A DNA stretch of 64,000 nucleotides from Eledone cirrhosa (Eukaryota): assembly GCA_964016885.1 (NCBI GenBank), contig OZ024742.1:308698001-308762000 (forward strand), read 5' to 3'. The first letter of the stretch is position 1, and each line of letters begins with the position of its first letter. Below, piece after piece: positions 1 to 13,311 of this stretch. Below the pieces are notes generated by a model. It was not told where the DNA came from, searched no databases, and saw nothing but the letters and a program-made list of their open reading frames with translations. The position numbers and the translations under genes are program-made.

Positions 1-147
1 CCTCAACACACATATAATGGCTAAATTATTTCGAAGATTTCAATAAAATTTCATATGTTGATATGTATTCAATCGATATTTCTGATTAATATTGTGCGAT
101 TGCTCCGAAATTATTTGCTAAGAGAAAAGATCAAACAGAAGAATTGA

Positions 148-430
148 TAGGTTGAATAATAAGGGCCAGAAACAAGGAGTATGTTTTGGTTGAAGAATAG
201 GTTCTAGGAGCGAGCAGAGAAATTTATAAGTTGAATAATAAGGAATAGGTGATTTGAGTTTTTATTGGTTGAATAATAGGGAACAGGAACTAAGAATATT
301 TATTGTTTGGATAAAAGAGGACAGGAATTGATAGATGAATTTATTGGCTGAATAATAGGAGCGAGAAATTAAGAGTATTTGTTGGTTGAATGGTAGGTAC
401 CAGGAATAAGCAGAAAAATGTATTGGTTAA
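148..430 (+). repeat. Diverged ~58-bp tandem repeat
   Basis: Motif TT(A/G)TTGGTTGAATAATAGG..CAGGAA recurs about 5 times at ~55-60 bp spacing. Confidence 0.55.
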
Positions 431-433
431 ATA

Positions 434-1150
434 CAGTGTGTCAGAAAAGTAATAGGACTTAGTGTGTCGTGTGAGCTATGAGTGAGGCAGGGTTTAGTGG
501 GTTACGTCACCGTGTGACGTAATAACCGAGTATATAACTGTGATCTCAGCACTCTGCAGCCACCGAATGCTTTTTCACGTGCTTTTGTTAACAGCTTCTC
601 AATTTTAGGCCGTCGAGTGATGTGCACAGAGCAATGAACCAATCTGAAATTTCTGGTAGGGAAATCTCTGCCAAAAGTACTCGGAATACTGCAGCAAGTG
701 CACTGAAATGAGATGATGTCGCATTCCCGGGTTTTCGAGTGGCGCAAAAGATTCAAAGAGGGACGGGGCAGGAGGACGTAGATGACGACGTCAGGAACAG
801 AAGGCCTTCAACGAGCAGGACTGAGGTCAACGTTTAGCGCATGAGGCAGGTGGTGCGCGGCGACTGTTTGACTGATCACAAGTGAGCTGGGCATGAACCG
901 CGATAGTGTTTGGAAGATTATCTCAGAGGATTTGGGCATGCCAAAGATCTGCGGGAAGATGCTACCGAAGTTGCTGAACGACGACCAGATGGAGCGGCCA
1001 TGCAGGTCTGTCAGGACATCCTCGAGCGTCTTAAAACCGAACCAGACTTTTTCCTGGAGAGCTTGGAGACATGGCGGAGAAGGATGAGCAAGCGCATTTG
1101 ACTCGAGGGGAATTATTTCAAAGAGGAAAACTTGGATTTAGTAGTGTGGA
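434..1150 (+). mobile_element. Tc1/mariner DNA transposon relic (internally deleted, decayed transposase)
   Basis: TA followed by CAGTGTGTCAGAAAAGTAATAGGACT (mariner-like left end). Broken frames read SRVFEWRKRFKEGR, SVWKIISEDLGMPKICGKMLPKLLNDDQ, CQDILERL and WRRRMSKRI*LEGNYFK, matching mariner HTH, linker and C-terminus. DDD core missing, right TIR not seen. Confidence 0.75.
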
Positions 1151-1185
1151 TTTATATATATATATATATATAAACCGGACGTAAA

Positions 1186-1610
<425 letters not shown>

Positions 1611-2904
1611 CGTAAAATTATTGCAATAACAAATATATAAGTTTACTTTTTTTTTTGTTTTTCGTCTTTTATTTTTTCGTTTTTTATTTGAAAGATGTAT
1701 TCAAAGGGGTTTACATGTTGAGTATAGATTTTTATTTTAATGATTAAAACAGCGTTTCCCCCACAGGGTCCGTGTCGCCCTCTAAGTGAGAAGAGCATCG
1801 CTTAAAGTTACGAGAGAGCAGTGTATAGTATTATTTTACAGGGAGGCGTTTAAAGATTTGAGAGGGATAGAGAAAAGATCTGCATATCATAATTAGTGGA
1901 ATGAAGATAACGAAAGAACAACAGACAAGACTGTTAATTTAGACAGGATTTTAATAGATTTTTAAAAAGCATTATATTAAAACGTTTGGTTTAAAACTGT
2001 CTGGGTGTCCCAATGTGTTATCAGTACCAGAGTGCGTCCCATACACAATAAACACACGTGCTTTGCTTCAATCTGGACTTGATATCTTTCTCGGAATGGT
2101 GAGAATTAGACTTAAAATAAACGTAAACCAGTTTAGATTCATTTTAAGTTTAATTACAACCACTATGTTTAATATATAAGGGTAATGATTGGGAGATTGG
2201 GTGGTAAGTATTCAAGGGTTTTAAGTTGATAGGATGGGGAGGTCTTCGACAAAAAAGGTTGTCTAATGGATTACATAAGATTTAATTACATTCATTGTTT
2301 AGATTTCATATATAATTTCTTTCATATTTTAATAAATAACATTGATATATTTTCTATTTTTAATATATTACCTTTCATATTCCAAATAGATTTCATATTC
2401 TAGAGTATAGTAAAGTGGATATTTGTATTAAATAATAATGGCTTATCATAAAATATTCTGACTCTATAGTTATTTCAGTTATGCATAATAAGTTAGATGG
2501 AAAAAGAAAATTTATCGTTAAATTCATATGCCATTAATTCAAAAACTATTTGCCATTATATGAAATAAAATTCATGCGATAATGGCGCTATTAATATAAC
2601 ATGTTTCTCAGACTAGATACATTGTTTTGGATTCTGCATACTGAATATACTTATGTTAAACATAGCTTTTATAAAGACAATTATAGAGATAATAGATAAA
2701 AACTCTAAGACGAAAGAACTAAGTAAAAATATATAAATGTAGCATTGGTAAAAGTAAGTAAACGTAAGTACCTATTGTATGTAAGTGTGTGTATATAAGT
2801 GTGTGTATGAGTGTATGTGTGTGTGGAGTCGAGGGAGAAAGAGAATGGAAAGGCAGAAAGAAGTTATAGATTATAAATAAATGTTTCCTTAGTGATCTAC
2901 TGAT

Positions 2905-3200
2905 GGACCTCGGTCGGTTTCGACCATATCTGTTCCAGCTCGTGGATTAATGTGTAAGTGGCTGAGTATTCCACAGACACGTGGAGTCTTAACATAATTC
3001 TCGGGGAGATTCAGTGTGTCATTTTGCGTGACAAGACTAGCCTAGCCTTTTGAATTACAGACATAGTTCATATGTGAGGCTTCTAAATAGTATCTGTCTA
3101 CTGAATTTTAATCACAAGACATGGGTTGACTCAAGGTTATGATAAATGACACTTGCTCAAGATGCCACGCAATGGAATCGAACTCGGGACCTAATTCATT
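2905..3200 (-). mobile_element. tRNA-derived SINE (Octopus OR-like), decayed
   Basis: Minus strand has a B-box-like GAGTTCGATTCC head. Body is similar to copies at ~52200-52520 (+), 54330-54480 and 60675-61100 (-). Confidence 0.6.
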
Positions 3201-4375
3201 ACATTCGGCCAACTAACAACTCCTCAATTTCTATCACATTAGCTCCGGCTGGCTTATTGTTACCTGTTAAATTTGGTAATGCGTTTGATCCTCCTCCTTA
3301 CAATTAGGAAGAAAAAGGTGCAAATCAGAAAACCTGTAGGCACCAAGCCGTCCATTGTGGTGACATTAGGACATGTCTTGTAAGGGGTCTTCTGTTTCGT
3401 GGTTTTAAGGCCCTAGTGGGGGGGGACTCATTTGCCATGAGAGCACTACGTCACCATCCTCACTAATCAATAGTCAACATCTAAATCTCCCTAAAACGGA
3501 CAACCGACCAGCTAAAAAGAAAGCAGGATATTTATCACTGATTTCAGTTGTCGTTTATTAAGGGCCGATCTTTAGAAAATATACCCTATTTCAAAAAATA
3601 ACAATACAATTTCATGTTACATTTGAGTGTCAATATGACTCTTTATTGTAAAAAAATGCAAGTGTCTTTTGAGATTATGAAAGCCATAAAGGAAGGGAAA
3701 GGCTCTGGGGTCACAGAAGAATGGGAGAGGGAAATGGAGGGTGGTGGGAATTAGGCTTAGGGCGCGGCGGTATTGGGGCCGCGCTCCGCTGACAAGACGG
3801 CAAAAGTATTCCCGCGTACATATTGTACGTTTAGTTGTGAATACATATGTATGTAGATAACTATGAGTTGTCTAATACACATATCAAACAAAATGATAAC
3901 AATATTTCATATTCTACAAAATTTGTAATACTTCACAATCCTGTAATATGTTACAGGTGGTGGCTAACTTCGCACTCTACACCAGTAGATATATTGGTTA
4001 ATGACGTCCTAGGTATAACAGTGACAGGAACTGTTTTGATTAGATTCTTGTTCGATCTGACCCAATCAACAATATCAACAGCACGAGCACTATGGTCGAA
4101 AAATTGTTCATTAATTTGTAGCGTTGACTTTATGTACTACCGTGTTTCCAGGTTAGAAAGGGAGGCATTTTCCTGAAGTGAATAAGCGCTAATCACCTAT
4201 TGATGTTGACAACTGATTATGAAAGGTCAAGCAATTAGCTCTAACTATTGTATTTTACTTATAAACACACACACACACACACACACAGACACATACATAC
4301 ATACATATATACATGCATGCATGCATATATATGTGTGTGCGTGTGACTATATATATATATATATTTATTTATAAT

Positions 4376-4414
<39 letters not shown>

Positions 4415-4492
4415 ATATATATTTATATTTAAATATATATATATTTATATTTATATATATATATATACTTATATATTCATATTTATATATAC

Positions 4493-4605
<113 letters not shown>

Positions 4606-4792
4606 TTCATAAAAATTCGTTTTCATACAAGACACATAAATATAGGTAAAGATAGGATTCCAGTTCGAATGAGATTTATAACTATAAATCATTCAGACAG
4701 ATTAAATACAATTCAGGTTTGAGTTGTATGAAATCCATGTTTGAAAATATTTAAGTAACAATATAAACTCATAGAGCAAATATTATAATAAT

Positions 4793-4870
4793 ATAAAGGA
4801 CCAAAACAGTCAATTATATATCATTTTAAATAAAATGATATATATAATTAACTGTTTTGCTCCTTTATAA
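4793..4870. repeat. Foldback inverted repeat
   Basis: ATAAAGGACCAAAACAGTCAATTATATATCATTTTA / TAAAATGATATATATAATTAACTGTTTTGCTCCTTTAT, near-perfect arms. Confidence 0.75.
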
Positions 4871-5614
4871 TATTATAGGATAAGTTTTAGCAATGTCGTG
4901 TCTTCAACATGTTCGAAAGAACAGTCATACTCTATATTTATAACAATACGTGTGTATCTGTTAGACACGCAGTGACTAACAACAGAATGTTTTAAGTCTG
5001 TGTGTCTGATCTGTTTGACACGCAGTGATTAACAACAGAATCTTTTAAGTCTGTGTGTCTGTGATGTTGTGACATACATGCGTAGCTTGTGAATAAAAAT
5101 GTCAAGGGGTATCGCTGGCCGTGGTGATGCCTTCCAAACATCTTTTGTAATGTATCGTCTTATTGGCTAATCAACCAACGAGAGTAATTGTTGCTCAAAA
5201 GCATCCGTCACTTTGTTTCCATGTTTATTTATCGTTTCGCTTTCGAATCTTCCTCCAGTATTTCGTTGTTTTATCATCAAAATATTGTTCTCGTTTTGTT
5301 AAGTTATATTGTTAATTTATATATGATTTTTTTAACTTATATTAACTATTAAAAGTCTGAAAATATTTTTATACATCTTACAATAATATTTATAAGATCA
5401 TTTATAAAATAACAATTATATAATCTAATTACATTACAACGATAATTTATAATTAATATATATCATGTTTAACTAGAGTTATTACAAGCGTTGCCTTAAA
5501 AAAATATTAAACTAGACCTGAAAAATGCGCAAGCTCAAAAGAGCCACAGAATGTTATAATAAACCTTCAAAAGTGTGGGACTAGAGTTGTTACTCAAAAA
5601 TATTGTAATCATTA

Positions 5615-7790
5615 CACTGGTCTCCGATGTTTTCAAGGTCTAACATATAATACATGATTTTAGGCCAGTTTTTTGCACTGAATCCAAAAATCATGCTCAT
5701 TTTACTCAATCAGATCAGGTTAATGAAATATTAGCACATTAAAAATATCCTAAATTCCGATCTATTTGTAGGTGAATAAAACGCAATATTGAAAATATTA
5801 GACTGATTTATTCACAGAAGGCTAACAAAATATTTTGAATAGATAGCAAGAAGAGTATAATGAACTAAGGAAGCTACTCATGGATGAATGGTCTCTTCAG
5901 GGACTTCCGTTTGTGCTGAGCAGACTGCGCATCCCTCTTTAGGCACCAGCAGTAGTCGGCCAGAAAGTTGACATCCCATCGGCCTTGATAGCGTTCCTCC
6001 ATAACACTGATATCTTGGTGAAAGCGCTCACCATGTTCTTCACAATTCTCTGGAAAATAGTCCAGATGAGACCGGAGGAAGACATTTTCACTGACATGCG
6101 CGCACCAAGTTGGCGGAAATTCTCCATTAACTCATCAACCACCTTCTGATATTGGGAACTTCTGTGGTTGCCAAGGAAGTTTGCAATGACTGACTTAAGG
6201 GACAACCAGGCAGAGAGTTCAGCAGGATTCAGTGCATCATCAAAACTAGTATCCTTGATGAGTTCCCTTATTTGAGGACCATCAAATATACCTGCCTTAA
6301 TTTTCTCCATGCTTTTTCGTTGAAACTTCTGATGGAGGAAAGCAAATCCTCCACCTTCCCTGTCCAATGCCTTTACAAAGTTCTTCATGAGACCGAGTTT
6401 GATGTGGAGGGTTGGAAGCAATATCTTGCTCGGTTCAACCAGAGGGTGGGACAAAACGTTGTGTGATCCAGGTTTTAATCCTTGTCTTAATGGCCACTCT
6501 TGTCTGACATAATGCTGGTCATCAGCATGGCTATCCCATAAGCACAGAAAGCATGGATACTTGTGTCACCACCTTGAAGTCCTAGGATGAGTCCAACAAC
6601 TTTAAGATCTCCACAGATCAACCATTTATATTTCTGGTATTTCAGAGCAGACAACAGACGTTCCATGCTTTTGTGGGATTCTTTCATTTCAACTGAGTGC
6701 CCAACAGGGATCGATGAAAACTTGTTTCCGATATTCAGAAGAACTGCTTTGAGACTTCTGTTAGATGAGTGAATGAAAAGTCTCCATTCCATAGCATCAT
6801 ACTTCAGACCAAGTAATTCAATCAGGTCAGCAATATTGCTACAGTAGACCAGTGAAGATGCTTCATCAAACATGAAGAATTTTCTAAATTCTCTCTTGCG
6901 GTCCCGATACCAATAGAATGTTGTTCCTGGCGCCAGTAGACGTTTCTCTCGAAGATGAGAACCCAGTAGCTGGGCAGACTCCTTCGAAAGGTTCAGGTCT
7001 CGTGTCAGGTCATTGAGTTCGGCTTGGGTCAAAGGCACCAGTTGGTCGTCCTCTTCTGACCTGTATTCATAACACTTAGCTGTATCAATCATGTCACTAG
7101 ATTCGGAATCAGAACTAGATTCCATTGTGACATTTGGCTCAGGAACAGGAAGATCGGGGCCATGGGGGACTGGCTTTATGGCAGAAGGAACATCAGGGTA
7201 TTGAACATGGTGCTTGTTCTTGCGATTGATGCCTTTTAGATTTGTCATGCAAAAGTAGCAGTCGGTAACGTGATCTTTCCCTTCCCTCCACACCATTGGG
7301 GCACCAAATGGCATACTCTTCCTTTTCTTGTTCCTCCAATCCCGTAACTTCTCTACACATGTTTTGCAGCAGATATGGGGAGCGAATAGCTTATCCTGGT
7401 CCCCTAGTTTGACCCCAAAGTAAGCGTGATATGCCTTCTTCACAAAATCCGTGATTTTTGCTTGACGGTCTGGAAGAACCACATGTCCGCAGATGTAACA
7501 GAACCTATTAGGATGGTTTTTACACTTCCGATCCATTTTTCTAGACCTGAAAAGAGAAATAAAAATAATTATTAAATGTTACCCACGATCCGGTTTTGCA
7601 AAAGCAAAGCCCATAAACGCTTGGATTGCGATATTTTAGAAAAATATGCTGGAAAAGAAATAGACTATATCTTAGAAACCAGACCTGACCCAGAAAAATA
7701 AACTGTATTTTTGAATTCAGCATACAAAAAGGGTCCTAAATCATTTGGAAAACCCTTGACCTTTTTAAAAAAGTTTTGAAACGCAGAGTG
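5615..7790 (-). mobile_element. Chapaev-type (CMC/Chapaev3-like) DNA transposon, copy 1
   Basis: CACT...AGTG termini with ~105-bp imperfect TIRs sharing AAGGTC, ATGATT(T)TAGG and CTGAAT.CAAAAAT. TTA on the left flank; encloses a transposase pseudogene. Confidence 0.75.
5874..7536 (-). pseudogene. Chapaev3-like transposase, frameshifted
   Basis: N-terminal Zn motif CKNHPNRFCYICG...DQDK..APHICCKTC...WREGKDHVTDCYFC, then WRLFIHSS.RSLKAVLL, ICGDLKVV, PTLHIKLGLMKNFVKAL and EHGERFHQDI. Frameshifts near 6570 and 6085. Confidence 0.8.
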
Positions 7791-8434
7791 TACGATAGAT
7801 AATTATCTATCGTACACTCTGTGGCATCCTTTTATAAAAAAAGAGACTCATAACGAACTCAAGACGACACGATAATTATTTATAATATAGAATTCGGTTT
7901 AAATGCATTTCGTATTAATCATTACTAAACATCTAATATGAGATATTGAACATTAGCTTAAATAATTATCGTGTCGTCTTCAGTTCGTTATGAGTCTCTT
8001 TTTTATAAAAGGATGCCACAGAGCGTACGATAGATAATTATTATTTTTGAGCAACAACTCTAGTCCCACACTTTTGAAGGTCTATTATAACATTCTGTGG
8101 CTCTTTTGAGTTTGCGCATTTTTCAGGGCTAGTGTACGGATGCATGCATATTTGAATCTGTAAGTTAGAAGCATCGGCATTTTAAGTCTAATAAGTTGGA
8201 TACGGAAAAATTTGTATAACGCAGCCAATAGGACTCGAACCCACGCCACAAATATACTGTTTTTCCGAGCCAGCTGACTATGTTTTCCGTTATATGAAGA
8301 CTTATAAACCAGGTAATAGTAGGTCTGTAAACAAACTATTTTATCGAGCTTGAATTGTAAGTTAGATACATCAACTTTTTTCAACTATGAAAAGAAGTTG
8401 GGTATATAAAACTATTAGATTCTAACCCACACCT

Positions 8435-8562
<128 letters not shown>

Positions 8563-8574
8563 GCTCTATGATTA

Positions 8575-10553
8575 CACCGTGTAACAAAATAATTTTTTTT
8601 CTGTTTCTCGCTTGTAATCACTTTTTTTGTGTTGCTTAGGTCCCAAATAAATAAATAAAAAGTGCTGTTAAACAGTTAAAAGTTTGGGTTTGCAAAAGTT
8701 CTAAGCTACAATTATTTATATGCTGGATTTTACGTTGTATTTAAGTTTAATTTGCTTATGTTAAATGATTTTTTTATATATGTTTCAGGTTAAATTAAAA
8801 TTATAAAATAAAGCGTAATACCTAAAAAAATTAGAAAAGTGCAATAAAGTATAAAATTGTTAAAAAGTGGATTAAAGAGATTTATTGATACTGGATTGTC
8901 GCACCCTGAATAAAGGGTAAGTTGTGTTTTAAGCCCGAATTTTCATTAGTATGATTAGTGTTCTTTTATATTATTTAAATATGTATTTCCCTTTCCAATA
9001 TTTATTTTGTATTGCATATCAAATTTATTTTCCAAGACAAGTATTCTGATGAAGAGGAGGAGATGGATGTTGAGGACTTGGATTACCTGCCTGAGGTACC
9101 AGAAAAAGTTCCTCACTTCTCAAACCCAAAAGAAGTCAATGACTTGGTCAGGGATATGGGTCTGACCAAGTCCAATGCAGAGCTATTCGTCTCCAGGATG
9201 AAGCAGTGGAACTTGGTCAAGGAGGAAGTGCAGGTGACAAGTCAGAGAAGTCGACACGAACCCTTCTCAGGCTTTTACACTCTTAGGGATGGCCTCTGCT
9301 TCTGCCATGACGTGCCTGGACTGTTTGGCGTTATTGGGTGCCGTTTGTGCCCAATGAGTGGGGTCTATTTATAGACAGCTCCACCACAAGTTTGAAGGCT
9401 GTACTCCTCCACAATGGAAACAAGTTCCCGACGCTGCCCCTAGCTCATTCAATCTGTCTGAAGGAAGATTACTACAGTGTGAAAGTCCTCTTGGAAGCTC
9501 TGCAATACAACCAGTACAATTGGGAAATCATTGGAGACTTCAAGATGGTGGCTTTCCTGCTTGAACTCCAAGGAGGCTTTATCAAATTCCAATGCTTCCT
9601 CTGCCTTTAGGACAGCAGAGCCACTACAAAAGAAAGAACTGGGAGCAGGGAACAGAATTTGTAGTTGGGACCCGGAACGTCATGTGGGAGCCACTGGTTG
9701 ATCCCAGAATTGTGCTCATGCCGCCACTTCACATTAAGTTGGGGTTGATGAAGCAGTTTGTGAAGGCTCTCAACCAAGAATCAGCCGCTTTTAAGTACCT
9801 TCCTGAGTTCTTCCCCAAGTTATCTGAGGCCAAAATCAAAGGTGGAATTTTTGTTGGACCTCAGATAAAGAAGGTGTTTGAGTCTACCGAGTCCTCCAAT
9901 AAGCTTAATAGGATTGAGATGAGAGAACAGCATGGAACTGTTTCAAGGCAGTTGTTAAGGGCTTCCTGGGCAACTACAGAGCTGAAAACGACCAGCAACT
10001 GGTGCAGGATCTGATAAAAGGCTTTTGACGCCATGGGATGCAGGATGTCGCTTAAACTCCATATGCTGGACGCTCACCTGGAAACATTCAAGGACAATAC
10101 GGGCGCCTACTCAGAAGAACAAGGCGAACGATTCCACCAAGATGTGAAAGAGATACAGCGGGGGTACCAGGGCCACTACAACGAAAAAATGATCGGGGAC
10201 TATATCTGGGGGCTAGTGCGGGAATGCGACCTGGACTACAACCGCAAATCCAGGAAATCCAGTCATTTCTGACGTGTATAAGTTGCTTTATAAGTGTTAT
10301 TTATTTTTACTTGTTTGCTTTTGATAAGCTTGTGTAATAAAATAAATATATACTCTGTTGATTTAATTATATGAACTGATAAATTTTTTTTAAATGTGTT
10401 TTATCTTGAAAAATATGAAAATTTCGAAATATCAAACTCCTGACCACAAACCCAAACTTCTGATTAAATAATAGTGTTTTTTTATAATAATGGGATATAA
10501 CAAACCATGAAATGACACTTAGAACCGGGGAACAAAAAATATGTTACACGGTG
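8575..10553 (+). mobile_element. Chapaev3-like DNA transposon, copy 2 (different family), with TTA target-site duplication
   Basis: Perfect 12-bp terminal inverted repeat CACCGTGTAACA...TGTTACACGGTG inside longer imperfect TIRs. TTA at 8572-8574 and 10554-10556; empty site at 11133-11170. Confidence 0.9.
9036..10272 (+). pseudogene. Chapaev3-like transposase lacking the N-terminal Zn domain, frameshifted
   Basis: EVNDLVRDMGLTKSNAEL, EWGLFIDSSTTSLKAVLLHNGN, IIGDFKMV, PPLHIKLGLMKQFVKAL and YSEEQGERFHQD spread over four frames. Homologous to copy 1. Confidence 0.8.
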
Positions 10554-11487
10554 TTATGAGAGACAAGATAATCGGAATAATTAAATTGACTCTACATCAG
10601 AGCTATGTAATATATTATAAAGTAAGAAGAAATATTAGACATGAATTAAATACCCATTTTTTCTTCAAATTCCCGACTGTACAGTTTCGTGGCTACTATG
10701 CAAAAATCCTATATCATAGAGATGTAACATTTTTGTGAGGTAGGCCGACTTTTCAAGGGAACACCTCAGAGAAAAATTTCAAAACAGGTCTGCATCGCGC
10801 AAGAGAATCTTGAAAAGGCGGAGGGAAACACTATCACGTGATACAGTGGTCAAGAAATGGGGTTAAATCCCTTGTAGCAGTGGCAAATATCGCAGAAGGC
10901 GGAGGGGATATTAATATGATACAGAGGCTACAGAAGGGTGGTAAGGAAGACTAGAAATTTATATCGTATTAGCTTGAAAGCAGTCACTATACTTCCGTCG
11001 CTACTCTACCGTGAGGGAGTTATAGACAATAATGAGAGGTGCACAAATATATGTGTATACATACATATACATGCATATATACACATATATTTTTCACAAG
11101 TATGTGAGATTGTGTGTTGTCGACCTTAACCAGTGTTGCTCTATGATTATGAGAGACAAGATAATCGGAATAATCAAATTGACTCTATATCAAAGCTATG
11201 TAATATATTATAAAGTAAAAAGAAATATTAGACATAAATACCCATTTTTTCTTCAAATTCCCGAGTGTACAGTTTCGTGACTACTATGCAAAAATCCTAT
11301 ATCATAGAGATGTAACATTTTTGTGAGGTAATCTTTCCTTGATGTGTTTCGTTGAAAAGTCAGCCTACCTCACAAAAATGTTACATCTCTATGATGTAGG
11401 ATTTTTGCATAGTAGCCACGAAACTGTACAGTCGGGAATTTGAAGAAAAAATGGGTATTTATTTATGTCTAATATTTCTTCTTACTT
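10554..11487. repeat. PLE-terminal-repeat-like relic: direct duplicate (10554-10741 / 11147-11329) plus inverted copy (11362-11487)
   Basis: Direct and reverse-complement identity visible by eye. The direct-plus-inverted layout is the same as in other PLE relics in the window. Confidence 0.6.
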
Positions 11488-11489
11488 TA

Positions 11490-12003
11490 GCAGTCTCTCT
11501 CTCTCTGTTAGCCTCTTCCTCACCTTTCACTCACTCACTCTCTCTCACTACCTCTCCTCCTCCCCTTTCTTCCCGTTTGACCTGTCCGTAATCCTTTTCT
11601 CGCGGACACTTGGCCAAGCCGGTATGAATTTTTTTCTCTCTCTCTCTCGTCTGCGACTTCACAGAACTTTGTTTACCGAATTCGCAGACCAGACCCCTTC
11701 TTCCTCCCGTTAGACCTGTGCGAAATTCCTTCCTTGCTCACATTTCAACCAGGTTTGATGGTCTTTATTCTCTCGTTCACGATTCCACCGAACTTATATT
11801 CATAGAAATCTGGGACATGTTTCTTTCTTCTTCTTCATCACTTTCTGTTGCTTAAACCATTTTGTTTGTTTACCCTAGCGTCCCCCTTATTTACGTGTCC
11901 CAACGACTTTTTTTAGCCGTTGCTCGCACCAACCTGAGGTATATGGCCTTTAATGCGACGAAATGCCTACGACGGTTGGAAGGCCACTGATGAGGAAAAA
12001 CTT

Positions 12004-12010
<7 letters not shown>
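11490..12010 (+). repeat. Dispersed pyrimidine-rich repeat (copy at ~59020-59545 minus; relative at 13460-14100) ending in a truncated HHR-like CCACTGATGA
   Basis: High similarity to the reverse complement of 59060-59545; ends at (TA)n. Confidence 0.65.
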
Positions 12011-12047
<37 letters not shown>

Positions 12048-12334
12048 AAATAACGAAACGAAATTAAATTTCGTTTCGTTTGTAACTCACTTTTGTATGA
12101 CTGACGCTTAAACAATTAAGTTAAAAATGTACATCCACATATGTATACTGAAATACTAGTATGCATATGAATACACACACGTATACATATGTAGATGTAC
12201 CGAGTTTTTCACTGGTCACTTTACTGTGAGTGTCCAGCTATTCTGTATGTAAACACACAGACAAACCGGTTTTTAGAGTCATACTGGTTTTTGAGGAAAC
12301 ACCTTTCCTCTATTCTCCAGAAAGCCAGACAAGG

Positions 12335-12379
12335 AATATTGAACTAGTTTCGATGTTGTTACATCTCATCAGCAATATT
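12335..12379 (-). ncRNA. Minimal type I hammerhead ribozyme (array A unit 1)
   Basis: AAUAUUG CUGAUGA GAUGU aaca ACAUC GAAAC ua GUU CAAUAUU: 7-bp stem I, 5-bp stem II with G10.1-C11.1, palindromic ACUAGU stem III, GUU triplet. Confidence 0.9.
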
Positions 12380-12800
12380 TACCTATCTTCCGGCCTCTCT
12401 AGAGAATCGTAAAAGCACATATCGTTATATGCTTTTTCAATGAAAATTAGTAGTGGGCAGACTAATTTGCATAGAGCGTGAGTACGTACCGGTTCAACGG
12501 AGACGATAAAAACAAATAACGAAACGAAATTAAATTTCGTTTCGTTTGTAACTCACTTTTGTATGACTGACGCTTAAACAGTTAAGTTAAAAATGTACAT
12601 CCACATATGTATACTGAAATACTAGTATGCATATGAATACACACACGTATACATATGTAGATGTACCGAGTTTTTCACTGGTCACTTTACTGTGAGTGTC
12701 CAGCTATTCTGTATGTAAACACACAGACAAACCGGTTTTTAGAGTCATACTGGTTTTTGAGGAAACACCTTTCCTCTTTTCTCCAGAAAGCCAGACAAGG

Positions 12801-12845
12801 AATATTGAACTAGTTTCGATGTTGTTACATCTCATCAGCAATATT
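12801..12845 (-). ncRNA. Minimal type I hammerhead ribozyme (array A unit 2)
   Basis: Identical to unit 1, offset +466. Confidence 0.9.
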
Positions 12846-13266
12846 TACCTATCTTCCGGCCTCTCTAGAGAATCGTAAAAGCACATATCGTTATATGCTT
12901 TTTCTATGAAAATTAGTAGTGGGCAGACTAATTTGCATAGAGCGTGAGTACGTACCGGTTCAACGGAGACGATAAAAACAAATAACGAAACGAAATTAAA
13001 TTTCGTTTCGTTTGTAACTCACTTTTGTATGACTGACGCTTAAACAATTAAGTTAAAAATGTACATCCACATATGTATACTGAAATACTAGTATGCATAT
13101 GAATACACACACGTATACATATGTAGATGTACCGAGTTTTTCACTGGTCACTTTACTGTGAGTGTCCAGCTATTCTGTATGTAAACACACAGACAAACCG
13201 GTTTTTAGAGTCATACTGGTTTTTGAGGAAACACCTTTCCTCTATTCTCCAGAAAGCCAGACAAGG

Positions 13267-13311
13267 AATATTGAACTAGTTTCGATGTTGTTACATCTCA
13301 TCAGCAATATT
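13267..13311 (-). ncRNA. Minimal type I hammerhead ribozyme (array A unit 3)
   Basis: Identical to unit 1, offset +932. Confidence 0.9.

Larger units (their letters stand above)
5511..8135. repeat. Inverted-repeat element (arms ~5511-5602 plus 7801-7880 versus 7961-8135) enclosing the first Chapaev transposon
   Basis: 5511-5602 is the reverse complement of ~8041-8133, and 7801-7880 is the reverse complement of ~7961-8040. Confidence 0.75.

Noticed and set aside
3760-4176. Small GC-rich patch, AG/GT-bounded segments and a 109-aa ORF as a possible host promoter or exon
   Set aside because: No recognisable protein similarity; splice-like signals alone are not evidence without transcripts.
5511-5586. 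CTAGACCTGAAAAATGCGC..GCTCAAAAGAGC..CAGAAT...GTGGGACTAG (and its inverted copy at ~8060-8133) as a hammerhead
   Set aside because: Several core deviations and a GUG triplet; cannot be supported without a family consensus.
7537-7590. Splice acceptor (TTTCTCTTTTCAG|G) just upstream of the Chapaev ATG on the minus strand
   Set aside because: A 5'-UTR intron is plausible, but the nearest donor would give an implausibly short intron; unverified.
11984-12010. CCACTGATGA motifs at ~11985, ~14095 and ~59080 (minus)
   Set aside because: Truncated by (TA)n or lacking a GAAA/stem III partner; not called as ribozymes.
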